Of a stretch of 64,000 nucleotides of DNA, positions 1 through 12,907 are shown in pieces (the first letter of the stretch is position 1; every line of letters begins with the position of its first letter). The position numbers and the translations under genes were made by a program. The stretch covers positions 31,620,001 to 31,684,000 of the forward strand of contig CM022671.1 in the NCBI GenBank assembly GCA_012295275.1, given 5' to 3'. The notes below the pieces were generated by a model that saw nothing but the letters and a program-made list of their open reading frames with translations, made no database searches and was not told the origin of the DNA. The DNA is from Chrysomallon squamiferum (taxonomy: Eukaryota > Animalia > Mollusca).

Positions 1-95
1 TACATAGATACATATTTGTTAATGATGTGACAATGAAAAGAAAAGACGAAACCTTTGGCTATGGAACTACATCGTCTTGTCCTGTGTTTACTTAC

Positions 96-215
96 CAGCC
101 AGATGTATGTTCCTTCTCAAATATAAATAAGCTGTGATAGAGACGGGAACAGATATAATCGAAACACGGTAACAAGTTGGCGCTTTCCGCTGGTGTAAAC
201 ACAAAATGGCTGACG
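96..215 (-). other. Possible non-coding first exon of a gene leaving the left edge of the window
   Basis: CTG|GTAAGT donor at 95, CpG-rich patch, YY1-type CAGCCATTTTG (202-212) on the minus strand. Confidence 0.4.
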
Positions 216-741
216 CATACTTCACCTGTTTATAATTATTTTACGTAGAAAAAGGGACGAAGGATCCGAACAAGACAACATCAGCAACAACAAAAATAAA
301 TAATTATAATAAATTAATTAATTAATAATTAATAATGATGAGATTAATATCTACTGATTTTTATTTTTTTTTTTTTTAATAAATAAAATAAAAAGAGTTT
401 TATTCTACGTAATTTTATACGCATTAGGTGTTAAAGTATTTTTTATTTATTTATTATAAAAAAGAAAACAAAAAGAAATAAAAAAGCTAAATAATAATAA
501 ATAAATAAATAAATAAATTTGAAAATGAGAAATATATTTTACGAGGACAGCTAAAATCAATACTGAACAAATAACATTCTCAGCAAATTAAAATTATAGT
601 AAAACACACATATTAAGTTAAATTAAATGTTGCTATAGTAAAAATTAAAAATTTGTATAAAAATAATTTAAATCAATTCCACCCAATAAACAAAATATAA
701 ATAAATAAATATTTTAAATGTTAATGATAATAAAATAAAAA

Positions 742-803
<62 letters not shown>

Positions 804-877
804 TACGAGCGTCTATATTGCCTTTTTATTTAAATGTTAATTCGGAAGAGGTTCTTTACTTATTTATTTCCTTTTTT

Positions 878-911
<34 letters not shown>

Positions 912-3813
912 CGTGCTGGTGTCTCGTTAAACATTCATTCATTCTATTCTTTTTTTCTTTGTTTTTATTTTATTTTTTTTTTTTTTACTTTGTTTGTGTG
1001 TGTTCATCTCTCTTTACCAGACAAAAAAAAGGAAAACAAAATGAGATAACATTTGAAATATTCATTTTTTTTTATTCCTAAAAAAAAAAAAAAAAAAAAA
1101 AAAAATCAGAAAGAAAGAAAAAAAAAAAGAATTTAAAAAAATCAGTTAGGAGCGTGATGGCGCTATGTCTATTACCTGTACAAGGTGAAAACGAATATCT
1201 CGATATCAAACATAGAAATATGCACATAAATTGAAAATAAAAACACATCTTATGCATCACTGAAGACAAGGAGACACGTTTTTTCTCTCTCACTTTATTA
1301 ATATTAACAACCACGCCATCTGCAACACGAGCTGAGGGTAAAGGTGGTTTTCTCAAATAAATTATGGCTTTTACACAAATAATGTCATCTAAGCGAGCGA
1401 TAGGTTAAAAAAAAAAAAATAATAAATAATAATAATAATAATAATAATCAAGAAGAGGGCCAGTGATACTGGTACGAAGAATTTAATGTGAAAAGCCTAA
1501 ATCTTTTAAATAACATAATTCACATACCAGATGAAATGATGATGGTGGCGATTATAATGGTGATGATAATTATGTCGAAGATGATGATTAAGATGACGAT
1601 GATTGAAAATGGTAACAGAAAGAAAGAGATTCAAAGAAGGTTATGATTATGAATAGAAAAAAAAAAATGAAAAAAAGAAGGAAGAATTAAGGTGAAAGAA
1701 ATTAAAACAATAAATATATCAACATTATTTTTCATTAACAACCAACCTGTACAAGTTTCACTTCATATGTTTATGTTAATATGATTATGCATACCTATAT
1801 ATATATATATACCTTATATACTCAGATATTTCTTATATGAAAGAAAAACGAAGTGAACAGTAATAACAATAACAACAATAACAGAAACATTAACAAAACA
1901 ACAACAACATCAACAACAACAATAATATTAATAATAATAATGAATAATGAATAAATAAATAGACAAACAAACAAATAAATAAATTCACATGAATGCCCCA
2001 ACCCAAGCTAAGTTTAGATTCAGCTTCAAGAAATTTCTTTCGCTGATGAATTCACACAACAAAAACTCCAATCAGACAAACGTTGTTTTCGTGCATTCGT
2101 GACTCGCAATTCCAGATCTTTCAAAACATTTCTACACTTAATCTCGAAATTGTGATTCACACGCATAGTAAAAAGATTTATAAGACTAATTTTCATTTGA
2201 ATCGTCCCTGCTTCAATACCTGCGTAGATAATGAAGCGGCGGCGATTTTTTGGCCTTTTCAATTTCCCCCCTGAATGACAGCAATGTGGTATCCGTTGCC
2301 AGAATGGCGTTTAAAGTGGCAGACGATATGACTAGTGGGGGAGCTGTTCACGTCTGCGTTTTGGCGCGCAATGTTGTCAAGACAGCATGTTCTATGGCGG
2401 GTCAGATACAGGTCGGATTGTGTTAGGATTGAGTGTTGGGATAAATTACTCCTAGGTGTACAGGCTAAGTAATTTGTCACCCGAATCGCCGGGATTTGCA
2501 ACTTTTAGATCAAACAGTCGAATCGTGTCCCACCTAAAGGGAGGTAATTGGGTTTCACGCGTTCCTGTTGTATTTTGCAAATACTGCTATTTTCATACAT
2601 TGCCAAAGATAGGGATTTGCCACATGTTTGCACACAAAAAAAAAAAAAAAAAAAAAAATGTTAATTGGTTTTAAAAGTAGAAAGATAAACAAAGGATAAT
2701 TACAGAAAAGGGGCAAATAACGTGCCTGGAAAGAGTGAAAAAGAAATTTCATTATTTGCCAGTGGGTTTTCTTTTTTCTTTCTTTTTCCTTTCATTGTTT
2801 TTCTTTCTTTCATTCTTTTTTTTTTTTTTTTTTTCTTTAATTTATTTATTTAGTAGCTGTATTATTATATTTTGCTTGTGTATGTAAGTAAGACAAAACG
2901 AGAATGAATAAAGAAAAGTAATCTTTATGAAAAATACACTTTTCTTTCGGAAAGTAGTACTTACGTTACAAATATAAACATAATGATAGTAATTACCAGG
3001 TCGGCCTATCTGCTAATAGTAAAGTCACGATTCTGCAATTCTTCAAAATTAGTTCTCAAATGATTATTATACTGACGATAAATATATAAAATAATTATCT
3101 CATAATCCTAAACCTCTTAATGAAAATCGTTAAAGGAAATAATCATACACTTCCTAATGAAATGACAGTAATTATAATTTACTATCCAGTGTTTTGGATC
3201 ACTGACGGTGTTGAAATGAAATGATAACGTCGCGACAAAATATTATTTTCCCACGGGGCTGTTTCTATAGTCTTCTAAATTAGTCTCCATTGCCAAGAAT
3301 TTCAAGATGTAAGCACTAATCAGTAAACTAACCTGTATGTATGCATCATTTATTCATATATAATTTTGTGCATTAGTAAAAGTTATGGAACAGTAAATAA
3401 ATAAATGTTTGTTTAATGACATAATAATGTATTAGCGATTATTATGGTTTCAGTCGTCTGATTTCTGTAATGATTGTAAGAGAGTAGAAACCTGGGGTTA
3501 TCTTTTTTCCAGTTAAAAGTTTGAGATCTTTTGTATACGTACAGAAAATGTGGTCTACTTTTATACAGGACCGTTTTAATAGCAACACAGTCCATCGGGC
3601 AAAGCAAGCCATTGTGGATCGAAAAATGTACTGACAAGAGATGTGGGTTTCACGGGAGCCAAGACCCGTGGGGTCCCCGGGAAACGTTCAGGTGTGTCCA
3701 TACCTGAAGATGTCTCTACTTATGTACCTGTCGGTGGGTATCTATATATCTGTATATTTATCCTTCAATCACTATAAATTGTGGAAAGATAATTTTACAA
3801 CGGTTACGTAATC

Positions 3814-3931
<118 letters not shown>

Positions 3932-4460
3932 GAGGTATATATGCATGATATCTGTATATATATATATCTGACTGAGTGTATATATGCACGTACGTCTATA
4001 TTTATGAAAGCACAATTATACTTACTCACACACATACATACGTATATACACACACATATTTAGTATTACGTCTGGCATATTATATCGAGTGGGAAAACAA
4101 TCAATGTTATGTTATTGTCGGATTAAGTCATGTGAAGAGAAGTACAATGCATTCCTGCAGTATTTAAAACCACATACTGTGAATACACTACTGCTGCTGT
4201 TATTTGTAAAAATCCAGTCTTCTAGAAAGAAGTAATCACAGTGTAGACTCACGGGTTACTGAAGCTATGCGGATAGCCAGTATTTCTTTAAATATAAATA
4301 TGACCGTCTTGTGTATGTGTTTATATTAAGGGAAACATGTTTGGTTCATTAGGTCAGCTCGTCAAAATGTCAGGTTGACTTTTGTAGATTCGTGAGATAA
4401 AATGTGCTTTTGTTATCGCCTTATGAAGGAACCACGCCCATATTATATTATATTACATAT

Positions 4461-4494
<34 letters not shown>

Positions 4495-4616
4495 GTAACA
4501 TAATAATATAAAGGATGCAGATTTTAAATTCTTCTTCTTCTTTTTTCTTCTTTTTCTTCTTTTTCTTTTTGTAATATTATTACTATTATTATTAATTTTT
4601 TTCCCCCCTTTTCTGT

Positions 4617-4652
<36 letters not shown>

Positions 4653-5043
4653 TCAGATATTAGCGAAACTATTACCCCCGTATCTTACGATTTTTTAATT
4701 TTTTACTGACAACAAGAAAACAAGGCATTCGTGCTTACACATATACACACACACACACGCACACGCACACGCACATAGACTTACACGTAGACATACATAC
4801 ACACACGCAAGTACTCATCATGCACGCTCAGAATTTAATTTATGAACATTTTTCATTTCAAGTTCCACTGTTACGCAGATATACTATCCATCTCTACGGT
4901 CTTAACCATGGTTATATTTAACTCACACTTTAATTCACAGTGGTAAAATGTATTTGTGCTGTCTTTTGACATCGACCTTATGGTATTTTCTTGTATTGCA
5001 CACGCACATGCGTAAATCCTCTTTTTGTTGTTGTTTTCCTTCT

Positions 5044-5081
<38 letters not shown>

Positions 5082-5992
5082 TAATTAAAGAAGCTTTTGC
5101 TCCTCTGGGCCTGATCGAACCCACTCTTGTCATTTCAGACTTAGAAAAACAAATACAGAAATAATTCTAATAATACGTTAACGATTTTTGATAAACCTCT
5201 TTATTGAATTCGAATCATGTTAGAAACATTTATTTTTATACCCGTTTCGCTGTCGGAGCTGGATTATTTACAGTTATTTAAACTGGGTTTACCGTTCACC
5301 TTTATTAGCCGCTTCTTATCTCCATTATCTGTCTCGAGATTTTGATAAAAATATTATTTTAGCAGGCATTACCAGTCCCGTTATTTTACGGGTCGATAGG
5401 GCCTGCAATATAAAGCACCCGTAATCTTTTCTCGGAGAATGTGTGTAATCGTACAATACGGCATCGATTTATGAGCATCGATTGCTTTCTTACTAAATTT
5501 GGTTAAGTTTGTGGACACTGCGATTGTTTGCGGCAAACCGACTCCATTTTGAAAACAACACGCACAGCTATTCTTATATACATTATGCACTGTATCAGTT
5601 TTCAGCTTTACTAAGCAGTATTTTCATTGTTTTTGTCCGTGAGCTCAGCCATTTGAAGAACCGAAGTCAAATAAGTATTGACGTGTATTAATTTCATTGA
5701 TTTTCGGATAAAAATAACTTTTATACGATTTTGTGAAGGCGGATTATTGGCGAGACGGTAATTTGCAAACAACGGGTTAAACATTTCTCTTCTTGCGTAA
5801 CAATCATCCTAACAACCCGTGAATGCATTTCTTTCTGTCGAAAATACTACTACGTCAAAAAATGATTTCATAACAGTCCGTTTACCATATTATTTCTGCT
5901 TTTAGATGAACGGCTTTATGACCAGCAGACATGCGAAATGTGAAATAAAATTTCATGCCATTTATCATAATTATAATCTTCTTTTTCTTTTC

Positions 5993-6028
<36 letters not shown>

Positions 6029-6289
6029 ATGTTTTTTTTTTTGTTGTTGTTGTTGTTGCTGCTGTTGTTTTTTTTCCCACTCTATTGTAGATTTATAATA
6101 TTATAAATTGCGATTTTTTTTTTTTTTTTTCATAATATATGATCGGAGGCGGTTCAACAGTTGCTGTGTAGGTGGGGTTTAGGGATAAAATATGACTAGT
6201 GCATGACAAAGCATCTTTCTTTTGAATGAATAAAATGAATGTCATGCAAGATCGATTAATGGTTTCTACACTTGTTGGTTCGTTTCTTT

Positions 6290-6420
6290 TTCTGTAGCGA
6301 AGATACAGAGTAGAAACCCGCGACCATCTTGTTAGCAGCAAGGAATTTTTATCTATTTTTTATATACTTTCACACAGATCATGCCAAAGCTTTCTGATAA
6401 GCCAGTCGTAGGACACCTAT
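6290..6420 (-). mobile_element. Degenerate SINE fragment
   Basis: gagtagaaacccgc...ttagcagcaagga...ttatatac...gccagtcgtaggacac. Confidence 0.45.
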
Positions 6421-6540
6421 AAAGTATGAAAATGACCAAACAGGTCACTGCCACCTGTATAGCACATGTTTTAATAATAAGATTTGTGTAAGGAGGAAAA
6501 TTTAAAACATTTACTAATGGTTTTTTTTGTTGTTGTTATT

Positions 6541-6765
<225 letters not shown>

Positions 6766-7032
6766 GTTGGTATGCAAGTATGTATGTATTTAGGATTTTG
6801 AATATTCTCTGATTAGACTCTGCACATACAGAATGTTCGGGAAAAGTCCAATCACGACCTCACAAACCCTGTAAGATGCCCCTGACGAGACTTGAACGTA
6901 TGACACCCATTCTCCCGCAATGTGTTTATATGTAGTGCTTTATTAACCCAATGCCAGACCTCTAGATTTTCAAGTATTTCGTGCTCTTTTCACACTTAAT
7001 CTTTCTTTTATTCTTATAATAGTTACAAAGCG

Positions 7033-7065
<33 letters not shown>

Positions 7066-7378
7066 ACAGACCCGTATTCAGTCTTTTAAGTAATGCAGCC
7101 ATATGTATGTGTGAAAAAGTACGCACATGCATATGTATTTAAGGGACTGATGGAGAGAGAAATTATTATTGTTATTATTATGATTTTTATTATTTTATTA
7201 TGGAAATAATGTAATGCATTTCACGCGTGCATTCTAGTTAAAACAAACATTTGTTCCATAAATTTTAATAGATTTATTTTTTTTTTAAATGAAGCAAAAA
7301 AACGTATACCAAAAAAATATTATAATAGTGATTAACTGACTGAATAAGAATTTTCATGAAATCTGATAAATAACTGCA

Positions 7379-7456
7379 TAATAATAATAATAATAATCAT
7401 AATCATAATCATAATCATAATCATAATCATAATCATAATAATAATAATAATAATAA
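7379..7456. repeat. (AAT)n/(ATAATC)n microsatellite
   Basis: Direct reading. Confidence 0.9.
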
Positions 7457-7669
7457 AAAGCACTCTCAGTACAAACACATAAGGATATATATAAAAGCTT
7501 GTGCATGTCAGATCTATTTAACTGCAACTGCTCAGACATATTCAGTGTTATCTTTGAAAATATTAAGAACAATGTCTTCGTACAGTATTTTAGAGATGTA
7601 ACTTGGAGAGTATCGGGCCGCGAACTCAGACACGATCTAAAAACTGGATTGTTTTCAATGTCTAAGTCT

Positions 7670-7794
7670 ATGTAAACGTCATTGGTCAAAATAAGTCACA
7701 TGATGAAGCCTGTCCACCATCTTGGACGGATCGGAGATAGTATAGACTGTTTTACTAGCAATAATTTTACGGTTTCTTATTCTTTTCGTCCTCC
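7670..7794 (+). promoter_or_regulatory. Probable RYBP/YAF2 core promoter and 5'UTR
   Basis: CpG-containing DNA with ACGTCA half-CRE (7676), ATTGG reverse CCAAT (7681), GTCACATGA E-box (7695) and YY1-like CCACCATCTTGG (7714) just before the ATG. Confidence 0.5.
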
Positions 7795-7820
7795 ATGGAG
7801 GAAAAGCGAACATCCCATAG
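7795..7820 (+). CDS. YAF2: RYBP/YAF2 coding exon 1 (MEEKRTSHR)
   Basis: ccATGG start, AG|GTAGCG donor, phase matches exon 2; resembles YAF2 N-terminus MGDKKSPTR. Confidence 0.8.
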
Positions 7821-10800
7821 GTAGCGTAGCATTCATTCTATTATTGAGCCGAATAACAGAAAACTGATGCATATAATAGCGACATATTTGTCATTTATTT
7901 TCACCGTTGTTTGCTTTTGTTTTTGTTTTGCACTTACTAGACTTGACACGCGGTAAACACAACCTGTGCTAATAATTTGGTATATATTTTCAGGACCAAG
8001 AAACATTTGAAATGTGCCCCAGATGAAGGCTATTGGGACTGTAGTGTATGTACCTACAGAAATTCCCCGGAAGCATATAAATGTGAAATGTGTGACGTTC
8101 GCAAAGGAACGTCAACAAGGTGGGTTCTACTTAATTATAAAAACTTATCGAGACTAAACGTACAGACGGCACTTGTCATATACTGAACATATTACTCTTT
8201 CTTGTTTTTTTCATATTATGTTCGACTGTTAGCATTCAGTTACAGCTTAAAGTACGGGTGATATTTCGTGTATAAAAGGCCATGAAATAAATTTACCCAC
8301 GCATTACATAATTTGGCCTACTTACCCAGTTAACACTAGAAGTGGGCCAGACAGGATCAATAATCGTGCATATTATAAAGACCAGTAAAGACATGAATGG
8401 CAACACATTTTATGTATATATATCTATCAAGAGCTCTACTATTTATTACATGATGGTACTTCAAACTGATCATTACACAATAAATTGGTGGAGATAGAAT
8501 TCTACAAATTGAAATATATACATATTTTAGTAAATACACGTTTTTATATTAACGTGAAATGTGCATTTTTACAATATACACAATGAATACAACACAATCA
8601 ATACAACATATTGAAAATATATATATATTTAAAATAGATACATAAAATATGTTCAAACATCTGAGTTTGATACACTACACACATACAAACATGCACATCA
8701 ACATTGATTTTTGCATATATAATATATTGTTAATATTGTATAAGCCAAATCATATGCAGTAAAAAAGGCAAAGAAGATTTTTGTCATTGATGATTTAGAT
8801 AAATCTCTTTCTCGTTATATATATATATACAGATAAGACATGTTATTTTTTAAATTTTGATACTAATATTGTTAATTAATGTTGACTGGCACCAACTTTT
8901 ACTTTACTTTAAAATAACATATTTGAGTATTGTGAAAAGAGTGAGAAAGAAATTAATTTGATATAAAATAAAATATGCTTAATTTTTTTTTTTTTTGCAA
9001 ATAAGCTGCTAATTCCACACCTTGTGTTATATATTTCTGCCAACTGATTTATTTATTTTTTAAAGTATGAAATCTATCCTGATTTTCATTTTAAAAATAT
9101 TAAATTTTGTTTATTAGTTATTTTTTTATTATTATCTTTTTATTTTAAATTTTTAAAATATAAATTAAAAATGTCATTTGCACAGGATTGTGGAGTTTAA
9201 AAATACAATTATTTTTTCTACTATGATTATGAATCATCATTTCTGTCAAGATATCTGAAATCACCGGAGATAGTTAACTCTAGTTGAGATTTTAAAAACT
9301 AATATATTGTCTGGTTTGCACTATATTTTGTTTGTTTTTTTAAAAAAAAGGAAAAAAGTTTTTATTATTTAATTTTTTAATTTTGTTTTTACATTTTTGT
9401 TTTATACATTTATCATCTTCTAGCCAAGTTTTAACATTAATATTAATGAACAAGAAATCTAATAGTTTTTTGGAAATAATCAAACACTAACAGTACACAA
9501 TTAGTTAAACCATTATGGGGTTGTAAACTCAGTGGTAGACCTACTGGCTGAGTCGTGGTGTGTCACATTTTCAGTCCATCAGAATATTTCCCAATACAAG
9601 CATTGCTCCACTAGTACACCACAGACTGTGTTGGGTTGGAACAAAATTCCAAAGCATTTTTAAATAATATTTAGATATCTATTTGTAGATGTGTTCAACT
9701 GCATAAATGCCATTTTGTTCACCTTTCAGAATATGTATACATGTCATGTATTTCAGTGACATACGCAATGAGATCATGCTCAAATGCCACCTATTGAAAA
9801 CTGCTAAAAACTTTTGTACTTTGTGTTTTCCTGTGTGTAGAATACTAATGAATAGACTTGTATTTTGGGCACACACATACTTAGTTTAAAACATGATTAC
9901 AGATTAGTAATTTTTACTTATTTTATAAACAGACCATAATAATTATAACTGTATGTTAAATTTTTTTTTTTTTTTTTTTTAAATTTTAATCTAGAAGTTT
10001 GCCAATCATATGAACATGCAACTGTGATACACTTTTCATTTTAAAAGCATCACAAAACTGATTGTTGTTTAATATATTTGACATTATATAATAGTGAAAG
10101 GATTTGGCTCATTGTAAGATCAAAGGTATATAATTGATCACAAGATCAAGTCTTTGTATGGCATCTGGGCTATTTCCTGTTCTAGCATTGGTTCACAATT
10201 GGTTTACAAAATGCTTTGGTATGTGATTTCCATGTCTGGAAAGGTAAAAAATAAATAACTGCTGTTAATCCTTTTTCATTAATAATTTGTTGTCTGATGA
10301 TTTTCATATACTATTATACTAAAGAAACCTTTTTGTAGAATAATAAATTCAATATTCTTAGTGGTTGAAAGATATTGTGTCTCTAGGGAAGATAACTGAA
10401 TTCCATGAAATGTATGTTATAGTTTTTGTTTATGATGTGTAGGATTGTATGATGTTACACAAAGTTCTTCAGAATACTGAGATATTTTGTTTTGTTTTAT
10501 AATTCTTTTATTTTATTTTTATTTTTATTTTTTTCCCAGAATTAAATTTTGACTGGGTCATTTGCATGTTAATTTATAGAACTTATTAATGTGACTATAA
10601 TAATAATAGTGGATTTTTCAGTTGTTGGTTGGTGGGGTAGGTGTTTTTTTGTTGTTTTTTTTTTTCTCCAAATTTTGGATAGTAGAAGATTTAATATTCA
10701 TGATTACTCATAGTGATGTCCATAATTAATCAAGATGAATTATTAAATATTTTTTTTGTAAATAATTCTAAATTCATTTATTCCACCATCAATGTTTGTT

Positions 10801-12167
10801 GTGTTTAAAATAATTGTTGGTGGAGGGTAAATACCTTATGAACAAGTGACTGGAGAAGAATCAATGGAAGCTTCATAGTGAACTGCAAAACACCAATACC
10901 TCATCTTAGGATTAATCCATCTTAATGGGCCAGTGGATTATATTATAAATTCACACAAGTGTAAATCATTAGAAGCCATGCTGTGACATTACGGATGAAA
11001 TTTGCCTGGCTTTTAGAGTGCTTGTAAAAGATTCATTACAACCAGTTAGATTCCTCTCTGAATTTTGATATTCCAAGTTTCACAATTATAAAATGTTTTA
11101 AAAAAAGAGCGTAAGATGAAATAATTGAAATAATACAATTAACAACTCACATTTTGAATAAAATATATCTCTAAGTATGTTATGGAATGGTTGCAATGGA
11201 TTTATTCTAATGTAATTATAATGTATTATTGATATTCAGTAATAGTTAATAATTATTTAAAAATGTGTTGACATAAATAAAAGAGGAAGGAAGTGGAAAC
11301 AAAATATTAATTTTCTGTTTCTTTTGGCTTATGTTCTGACAGCTTGGTTGTTTTTACAGTTGATAGCTTTGATAGCTGTAATTGTGTTAACTTATGCAGA
11401 TATTGTGTAAAAAATTTTTAATTAAAAACTTCATGATTGTGCATTTGATAAATGCAAATACTGCTTTTTATATGATTAAAATATGTAAAATAAGATAGTA
11501 ATATCTTTTAGAATAATTTTTAAATTACTTTAAAAAAAATTTGTTGTTGCTATTATTATTATTATTTACATTTTTCATCACTAATATTAAGAAACCAATC
11601 TTATTTTTTAGAATTAAATGAAAAATGACAGGATTCTTTTTCATTTAAACCTCAGTTCACTAATATAAGTGGATAAAGTAAGAATAAAAATGAGATACAC
11701 ATTCACATAATTCTGTCAGAATTTGTGTTACTACATAGAAAAGAGAGAGAGTGAGTAATCACTTTTGTTTTATATGACACTATAATTGTATCAGGCAGGC
11801 TACTCACTTCAGTGTTAAAAAACACCTACTAAAAATTATAACATGGAACAAGTAGGCTAATGACTTTGTTTTATAAACTGTCATAACATGGAAAAGAGAT
11901 GGTAATTTCTTTTATAGGACATTATAACATGAGCCTAAAGTTTATCATTTTTGTTTCATGAGACATTATAACACTGAAGAGAAGGAAATCACTTGCCATA
12001 TAAAATGTAACAATAGGTAACAGGGACTGATAGAGGGTAATCACTTTTGTTTTATATGGCATTATAATATTAACCGAAACACGTACAGACTTGAATTTAA
12101 GCATCCCTGTTTCAGCAATCGCAGTAAACCAGAGACTAAGAAGTTGTAAGGTGTTTGAACAAAACAA

Positions 12168-12204
<37 letters not shown>

Positions 12205-12868
12205 GAATACATCAAAAGACTCTGCCGAGAAGAATAATGCCTCAGACGGCCCACTGAGGCACAAAACGTATATTTATTTGACTGATTTAATGTGTGACTC
12301 TCCATTACTGCACGTTAATCTCCCAGCAGGCTCTCACTTGGGTACAGCCCATTAAACAGCAGTTGCAATGATTTCTCCAGTTATGGGAGACATTTCAAAG
12401 TTTTCAACAGTTACGGCAGTTAAAAGTATCAATTCTTCCACTTTTGTGTGTGTAGTATGGCAATGGTGATAATGCAACAGGTTTATTTTGTTTTCTTTCT
12501 TTTTTTTTCTTTTTTTTCTATGTGACAACTGACTGAAGAAATTTTGTGTTAAAATATGTTCTTTTGTTCTTTTTGTCGTGCATGCTTTTAAAAAAAAAAA
12601 TAGTCAGGGCTCATGAAAATTTTTCAGATTATCTTTGTGCCATGTGATCCTAATTGTTGTGAAAGGGCTAGGTGTTTGCCTGATTAAGCTTTAGACGCCA
12701 GCGTATTAAGAAGATGTGTCTACATACAGAGTCCACGATTATTTGCCTCATTCCTGAGATTATTATCTTTATGCAGGAATACAGAAAATTCAGCAGGTGT
12801 AAATTTTAATGAGAAATAAACTTTCTTTGTGTAGTAATTCAGTGTTTCAGTAATTTTTTTCTTTATTC

Positions 12869-12907
<39 letters not shown>

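Noticed and set aside
6321-6331. YY1-like CGACCATCTTG
   Set aside because: Falls within a decayed SINE fragment
12238-12261. Perfect 8-bp stem TGCCTCAG/CTGAGGCA in RYBP/YAF2 intron 2
   Set aside because: Too short to separate from chance without conservation data
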